Shown in pieces: positions 58,314-64,000 of a stretch of 64,000 nt of DNA (the first letter of the stretch is position 1; every line of letters starts with the position of its first letter). This DNA is from Candidatus Anstonellales archaeon (GTDB taxonomy: Archaea; Micrarchaeota; Micrarchaeia; Anstonellales; J096): assembly GCA_038896535.1 (NCBI GenBank), contig JAWACY010000002.1:64001-128000 (forward strand), written 5' to 3'. Below the pieces are notes generated by a model, which had not been told where the DNA came from, did not search any database, and saw only the letters and a program-made list of their open reading frames with translations. Position numbers and translations under genes: made by a program.

Positions 58314-58745
58314 ATGGAGTATAATAAATTTTATGCTTTATTCCTTATATTGATGCTAATTTTCTTATATGGCTGTTATCAAAGCACAAGCCCATCAAAT
58401 ACTGAAATCAAAGAGGAGTTAGCAAATATTAATAAAAGTAATGAAAGCATTAATGTAATTAATATAACAAGCAGTGGTTTTATACCAGACACAATAAAAA
58501 TAAAGAAAGGCCAGGCAGTGAAATTCGTTAATGTCGATACAAACAAACATTGGCCAGCATCAGATGTCCATCCAACACATAATGTATATCCTGAAAAAGG
58601 GGGTTGTATAGGGAGTAAATTCGATGCATGCAAGCCCTTGCAAAAAGATGAGTCATTTATATTTGTATTCAATGAAATAGGAACTTGGGATTATCATGAC
58701 CATCTAAACCCTGGATTAAAAGGTAAAATTATTGTTGAGGGCTGA
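58314..58745 (+). CDS. Cupredoxin-fold lipoprotein
   Basis: YGC lipobox, GFIPDTIKIKKGQAVKFVN, GTWDYHDHLNPGLKGKIIVE. Confidence 0.85.
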   Translation: MEYNKFYALFLILMLIFLYGCYQSTSPSNTEIKEELANINKSNESINVINITSSGFIPDTIKIKKGQAVKFVNVDTNKHWPASDVHPTHNVYPEKGGCIGSKFDACKPLQKDESFIFVFNEIGTWDYHDHLNPGLKGKIIVEG

Positions 58746-58800
58746 GAAATAAAAAAGAAAAAAAGCAAACATATTTATTATTTTACACCCTATTTATTTT

Positions 58801-59211
58801 ATGTTCTCAAAAAAATTTCTCTATACATTGGATGCAGATGAAGTTATTGATATAACACATGATATAAAAAATGCTGTTGAAGAAAGCAAGATAAAGAATG
58901 GCATATGCAATGTTTTTGCTAAAGGTTCTACTGCCGCATTAATATTGAGTGAGTATGAGCATGGCCATATAAAAGATTTATTTAATGCAATGGAAATAAT
59001 AGCGCCATCAAAAAATTATTATGAGCATGACAAAGCATGGCATGATGGCAATGGAAAAAGCCACATAAGAGCAGCATTTTTACAGCAACATTTGACAATG
59101 CCATTAATAAACAAAAGGCTTGAAATAGGCCAATGGCAAAACATTCTATTGATAAATCTTGATACAAGAAAAAGAGAAAGGGAAGTATTGCTTTCTATAT
59201 TGGAGGGCTAA
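58801..59211 (+). CDS. YjbQ/UPF0047 family protein
   Basis: IDITHDI, GSTAAL, YEHD, NGKSHIRA, LEIGQWQNI. Confidence 0.92.
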   Translation: MFSKKFLYTLDADEVIDITHDIKNAVEESKIKNGICNVFAKGSTAALILSEYEHGHIKDLFNAMEIIAPSKNYYEHDKAWHDGNGKSHIRAAFLQQHLTMPLINKRLEIGQWQNILLINLDTRKREREVLLSILEG

Positions 59212-59212
59212 A

Positions 59213-59584
59213 ATGAGAAAAGGCATAAACGCAGAAAGAGAGCTTTTTCATTTACTAGAAAATAAAGGGTTCTTCGTAATAAGGGCTGCTGGTTCAGGGC
59301 ATCTAAAAAGCCCTGACTTACTTGCTTTTAAACTCGGCACTTATATTGGTTTTGAAGTAAAGGCACACAATAAAAAAGAATTAAGATTTAGCAGAGAGCA
59401 GCTGGATAATATGGAAAAATGGGAAAAAAACACAGGCATTGCTTTATACATAGCATGGAAAGTGCCCAAAAAAGGTTTTTTGTTTCTTCCTACAAAATAT
59501 ATAAACAAAAACGACGGAGCAAAAACTGTTAGCATAAAACTTGATGAAGCTTATAAACTTGCTTACAAAGAATGGGAACTTTAA
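59213..59584 (+). CDS. hjc: Holliday junction resolvase Hjc
   Basis: KGINAEREL, VIRAAGSG, PDLLA, FEVK. GGAGG RBS before ATG 59213. Confidence 0.93.
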   Translation: MRKGINAERELFHLLENKGFFVIRAAGSGHLKSPDLLAFKLGTYIGFEVKAHNKKELRFSREQLDNMEKWEKNTGIALYIAWKVPKKGFLFLPTKYINKNDGAKTVSIKLDEAYKLAYKEWEL

Positions 59585-59585
59585 C

Positions 59586-60881
59586 TTATGCTCTTGGCTT
59601 TTTTTCCTTCGGCGGAGGGTATGTTTTTTCTTCTCTTGGTTTTTCCTGGGCCGGATATTCAGCATAGTAATACCTAATCGGATCTGGATTCCAAGGGTTA
59701 GTTAAACCGGCCGCGATAAACCTTGCTATAACATGTTGTAATATTTCTGCTTCTGAAGCAATATTTTTCATTACATCTTCTTTTATTCCAAGGGCACTTA
59801 TGTTTTTAAACAATTCATATTCATCTCCTTTCGTATAATCACCCCCTCGCGGTAGATAATATGAATTAATCTGTGTTAAAAAAGAAAATGGTTTATCACT
59901 AGATATCATGTTTGTTGCTTCTATTAAATATTTTCTAGCTTTCTCTCCTTCACCTATTCCAATAATAAGATTTGTATGCCCAACAAATGAATCTTCTTTC
60001 TTTTTATCTTCTTTTAATAAAAATGCATTCATGTAAGAAATGCTGACTTTTTCTTTTTCATTTCTAAGAGCTATTGATAAAAAAGACCCTAAAAGAAATG
60101 AGCTAGAATCACAATCTAAGACTCTTTCATTCATTGCGCTTACAAGATCAGCTGTTGCTTTTGGCTTATAACCCAACATCCACACAGATAAAGTCATTGA
60201 TATAATAGCAGCTTCAATCTTTTCTTCAGTAGTCAAATACCTCCTTTCCTCTGATATAGTTTTAGAAATTATTCCATTATAAAGTGCCTGTGTTAAAGTC
60301 ATTATGCGCAAAAAATTTCTAACTTGATTCTTTACTTCTCTATATTTTTTATTTCCCATCTCTGCTTTCAGATGATCAAACTTATTATAGAACTGTTCTT
60401 CATTTTCATATCCTATTGATCCTAAGAATACAATTATCTTTTCATCTACCATATCTTCTGCTAAAAGCTCTGGACTCATAATTTTTAATACATCTGCCGG
60501 CCTTTTTTCTTTTTGCCCATCAATTCTTGCTGCTATAGTATTTCCTCCTTTGCTGTATTCTATTATTAATGAGCTAATAGCAAGGCCGTGCTGTTTAAAC
60601 TTGTTTTCTAATATTTCTTTAACCATATTTATCTTTCTGCCAACTTCTTTTTCATCTCCTTCCCTATGCAAGAAATAAAGCACTAACTTCCCTGTCTTTT
60701 TAAATTCTTCTACTGCTTTCTTGTAAGCATCAATATTTACCCCTGTCATTTTTAATTGAGTGATAGTATGTTGTGATAATAAAACTTCATTGGCAAATCT
60801 CTCTCTGTCTTTTTTATCTTTTAAATCATATTTAGTTTTTTCTTGCTTTTGCTCTTTGCTCTTTTGCACACCATTTGCCAT
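59586..60881 (-). CDS. Orphan protein with transglutaminase/papain-like triad
   Basis: LDCDSSSFLL, VGHTNLII, YLIEATN in the expected order. Confidence 0.65.
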   Translation of the reverse strand: MANGVQKSKEQKQEKTKYDLKDKKDRERFANEVLLSQHTITQLKMTGVNIDAYKKAVEEFKKTGKLVLYFLHREGDEKEVGRKINMVKEILENKFKQHGLAISSLIIEYSKGGNTIAARIDGQKEKRPADVLKIMSPELLAEDMVDEKIIVFLGSIGYENEEQFYNKFDHLKAEMGNKKYREVKNQVRNFLRIMTLTQALYNGIISKTISEERRYLTTEEKIEAAIISMTLSVWMLGYKPKATADLVSAMNERVLDCDSSSFLLGSFLSIALRNEKEKVSISYMNAFLLKEDKKKEDSFVGHTNLIIGIGEGEKARKYLIEATNMISSDKPFSFLTQINSYYLPRGGDYTKGDEYELFKNISALGIKEDVMKNIASEAEILQHVIARFIAAGLTNPWNPDPIRYYYAEYPAQEKPREEKTYPPPKEKKPRA

Positions 60882-60927
60882 ATTAACATTAATAGTAGAT
60901 GTTTTTAAATTTTTAGTGTCTCGAAAG

Positions 60928-62679
60928 TTAAATAATTTCTAATGTATCAATGTTTAAAAGTTCTAAGCATGTTTTTATTACTGCTAAAAATCTTTTTGTC
61001 AGAAAAAGGCGTTTATGTGCTTGCTCTTTATCTTCGCTTATTATTTTGTATTTCTCATAAAATGTATTGAATGCATTGGCAAGTTCAAATGCATAATCTG
61101 CAATGACATTTGGCTCGAAAGTATTTGCAGACTTTTGGACATAATATGGAAATTGCCATATCAATCTTGCAACTGCCCTTTCATCCTCATTTAATACAAC
61201 ATTTAGAGATAGCTGCTTTTTTTCCATTTCTTTATACTCAGCATTATAATCAGCAATATCGCTTTTAACTTTATTTAAAATACTATTTGCCCTTGCATAG
61301 GCATATAGTAAATAAACACCGCTTGCCCCATCTAACTTCAATGCTTTATCCCAATCAAAAACAACAATGCTGTTGTTTGCCATTCTCAACATTGAGTATT
61401 TAATTGCAGCAAGTGCTATTTTTTTCTTATCCCCCCTCTCAATCCTTGCAATGCCCTCATTAAGCAAATCATCTGCAGTAAAACCTATCCATGTGCCTTT
61501 TCTCCCTGAAAAACGCTCTTCTTTTTTTCTAACATGGCCATAAGATACATGGAAAAAGTCATTTTCATTAATAATGCCCATCTCAACTAATGCTTTCTTC
61601 AATACATTTTGATGGGGCTGTTGTTCCTGCCCAATAACATTTATGATGATTGGGTCTTTCACATTATAAAAATTAAGCCCTTCATCAGAGGATTCATAAA
61701 TGCCATTATGAGATTTAAATAAAATGCAACATAAATGGCCTGCTTTAAACATATGAAATATTATGTCTTTTCCAAGATATGTTGGTATGCCATTGCTTCT
61801 AACAATCACTTTATATTGATTATCATTTTGATTAGCATCATTTATTTTTATTACAACGCAATCTTTATACTCTCCTTGCTCCGGCATTTCAACATTTTTA
61901 AGTGCCTTTATTTTTCTTATCCCATCATCAAATAATTTTATAACATCGCTTTCATAAATTGCAAAATCATGCCTTACTCCATATTCCCTAGCAGTCTCCC
62001 TTTGTGCATTTACAACATTTCTTATGAATTCCTTAAAACCTTGCTCTTTTCCGGCTTCAATATTTTTCATTAATTCTGCTATTTCTTTTATATTCTCTTC
62101 CTTCTCAGCCAGTTCATTTGCTTTTATATAATCAAGCCCAATATCAAAATCAAATTTCCCAGTGTTTTGTGTTTTGCCAAATTTTTTATAATACCAATAA
62201 CTTTGTGCAACCTGAAGGCCAAGGTCATTTATATAGTCCATTCTTATTACATCATAGCCATAATAATGCATAATATTCGAGATTGCCATGCATATAAGTG
62301 CATTTCTTAAATGGCCAATATGCCATGGTTTATTTGGGTTAACAGAAGGCCCCTCTATTATGCAATGTCTCTTTTTTCTCTCAAATGTATAAGAAGAGAA
62401 TAGCAAATTTTTATTATCCGCATAGAGGTTTAAAAATCCGTTAATGGCTTTTAAACGAAATCCGCTTAAATTGTATTTATCAAGATCAATGCTTTCTAAA
62501 TCTTGGGCAATTTTATAAACATTCCCGCCTTTTTCTTTTGCTATTTTGAATGCTATTGTACTTGCTATGTCCCCCTGCTCTTGAGATTTTGGCAATGATA
62601 TTGTATTAAAAACAAGCTCATTTGCTAATCCTGTTTCTTTTGCTATAGCATATGAAAACTTATTTATAACATCAAGCAC
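60928..62679 (-). CDS. argS: Arginine--tRNA ligase
   Basis: SVNPNKPWHIGHLRN, YINDLGLQ, RSNGIPTY, FSGRKG, YLLYAYARANSIL. GTG start after AGGTGG. Confidence 0.96.
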   Translation of the reverse strand: MLDVINKFSYAIAKETGLANELVFNTISLPKSQEQGDIASTIAFKIAKEKGGNVYKIAQDLESIDLDKYNLSGFRLKAINGFLNLYADNKNLLFSSYTFERKKRHCIIEGPSVNPNKPWHIGHLRNALICMAISNIMHYYGYDVIRMDYINDLGLQVAQSYWYYKKFGKTQNTGKFDFDIGLDYIKANELAEKEENIKEIAELMKNIEAGKEQGFKEFIRNVVNAQRETAREYGVRHDFAIYESDVIKLFDDGIRKIKALKNVEMPEQGEYKDCVVIKINDANQNDNQYKVIVRSNGIPTYLGKDIIFHMFKAGHLCCILFKSHNGIYESSDEGLNFYNVKDPIIINVIGQEQQPHQNVLKKALVEMGIINENDFFHVSYGHVRKKEERFSGRKGTWIGFTADDLLNEGIARIERGDKKKIALAAIKYSMLRMANNSIVVFDWDKALKLDGASGVYLLYAYARANSILNKVKSDIADYNAEYKEMEKKQLSLNVVLNEDERAVARLIWQFPYYVQKSANTFEPNVIADYAFELANAFNTFYEKYKIISEDKEQAHKRLFLTKRFLAVIKTCLELLNIDTLEII

Positions 62680-62732
62680 ATAACCACCTGGTCTCAGATT
62701 TTTAAATAAATAAAGTCAATTTCATAACGTTT

Positions 62733-63410
62733 TCAGCCATAAACTTTTGGTTGCTCTGATGGAAAATGAATAAATATTTTACTTATTTCTTCCTTTATTT
62801 TCTCTTTCTCTTTCTTATCTATTTTTATTTTATCTAATTTCTCCTCCCATTGTTTTAAAGAATCAAGCACTGCTGCTAAAAGTTCATCTTTTGTAATGTC
62901 AGAGAGCACTATTAAGAGTTGTGCTGCATAACTGTTTTTTGATTGCCCCAACCCTTTTATCGCCCTCAAAGATAAAAGCCTCGATTCCTGCGTATTAAGA
63001 TTTAAATATCTCGTCAGATGGAAGCTTAATAATTTCAAGCTCAATGTATCATCAAAATTTAGCAATAATGATAAAAAGTCATCTATGCCATCAAAAGAGG
63101 AAGTGTAATCAAGCACTGCTGTTGTTATATCTTCTGCTTTTATATTTTGCCCCCTTTCTTTTGCAAGTGACATGCTTAAAAAATCTCTAAAATATCTAAA
63201 TGAGCTTAACCTTTCATTTATTATGGCTATAATATAACCCTTTATTACATCATCATTTTTTTTGTATATCTCTACCAATTCCTTTTTCAAGCTCTCTTTA
63301 TCAGCCCATGATAATGCAACAGGATAAGATGATATATCACTAATAATTTTTCTTACCCTCTCTCTTATAATTTCATAATTCACATTTTCTTTTGGCATTT
63401 TATCCCTCAT
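62733..63410 (-). CDS. Hypothetical alpha-helical (HEAT-like) protein
   Basis: 225-aa ORF coupled by ATGA overlap to the upstream gene. Confidence 0.7.
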   Translation of the reverse strand: MRDKMPKENVNYEIIRERVRKIISDISSYPVALSWADKESLKKELVEIYKKNDDVIKGYIIAIINERLSSFRYFRDFLSMSLAKERGQNIKAEDITTAVLDYTSSFDGIDDFLSLLLNFDDTLSLKLLSFHLTRYLNLNTQESRLLSLRAIKGLGQSKNSYAAQLLIVLSDITKDELLAAVLDSLKQWEEKLDKIKIDKKEKEKIKEEISKIFIHFPSEQPKVYG

Positions 63411-63820
63411 ATGATTTTTATTTCTAAATCAGCAATTAAATGTGAGGCATAGGATATAAAAGCATATACTACCTGCTCTTGGATAATAAAAAATATAAAA
63501 CCAGTATATAATAACAATGCAACAATCGAATGCGTAAAACCCCTATGCCTTGGTATAAAAACCACTGTTAATATATAAACAATTAAAACAATTGCACTAT
63601 AAAGAACATTGTTTGTGAAAAGCCATAATGCAAATGCAAAAGCAATAGATAAGGCAAAAACAAGTTTTCTTATTATGCTTGTTCCTATGTCTATGTCTGG
63701 GAGAAGTGATGATATAATTATTAATGGAACTGCCATCATAAAATTTTCTATGTCATTTTTATAAAATGCTGCAAAAAGGCAGAGAACAAGTGCTACTATG
63801 ATATGCATATACCATTGCAT
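63407..63820 (-). CDS. Membrane-bound metal-dependent hydrolase (YdjM-like)
   Basis: [22 protein letters not shown]. Confidence 0.88.
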   Translation of the reverse strand: MQWYMHIIVALVLCLFAAFYKNDIENFMMAVPLIIISSLLPDIDIGTSIIRKLVFALSIAFAFALWLFTNNVLYSAIVLIVYILTVVFIPRHRGFTHSIVALLLYTGFIFFIIQEQVVYAFISYASHLIADLEIKII

Positions 63821-63868
63821 AATAAAGAAAAAATGATAAAATTTAAATACTTATTACAAAATGATATT

Positions 63869-64000
63869 ATGTGCGGTATAACTGGTTATATAGGAAAATT
63901 GCCTGCATCAATAGAAGCAATAAATGCGTTGTCAATACTCGAATATAGGGGATATGATTCAGCAGGCATAGCTGCAAGTAATGGAAAAAATATTATAACA
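63869..64000 (+). CDS. glmS: Glutamine--fructose-6-phosphate aminotransferase (5' part; runs off the window edge)
   Basis: Hand translation MCGITGYIG...[13 protein letters not shown] is the GlmS N-terminal signature. Not in the ORF track. Confidence 0.9.
   Translation, partial: MCGITGYIGKLPASIEAINALSILEYRGYDSAGIAASNGKNIIT

Noticed and set aside
1..64000. CRISPR array associated with the Cas4-like gene
   Set aside because: No regularly spaced 25-45 bp repeats with unique spacers were seen. The repeats found are two-copy tandem duplications.

Overview
AT-rich, gene-dense archaeal chromosome segment. Archaeal markers include rpl7ae, rpl40e, proteasome beta, aCPSF1, aIF-2beta, aIF-1A, RIO1, Hjc, Trm5, archaeal D-aminoacyl-tRNA deacylase, DGGGP synthase and TTCAAAT tRNA T-loops. 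Gene content and many orphan ORFs suggest a DPANN lineage such as Micrarchaeota (inference, not a database result). Most of the window is housekeeping: four aminoacyl-tRNA synthetases, two tRNAs, mevalonate/lipid genes and two tandem nuclease-less Hef-type helicases. The most unusual region is about 42.3-57.7 kb. It holds four giant orphan proteins without signal peptides, three with long Gly/aromatic amphipathic beta-strand blocks, interleaved with one secreted CARDB-type surface protein. A transglutaminase-like orphan lies nearby, and two VirB2/TrbC-like pilins sit at the left edge. I propose, as inference, a contact-dependent host-interaction or pore-forming effector system. Other observations: an unlisted 51-aa Zn-ribbon protein resembling chromatin protein CC1, a homopolymer-frameshifted Nudix gene, a probable ATT start codon, a tRNA-Pro overlapped by two convergent CDSs, and a G-run-rich intergenic tract. 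No CRISPR array, rRNA, integrase or transposase was seen. All family calls come from motif recognition by eye.
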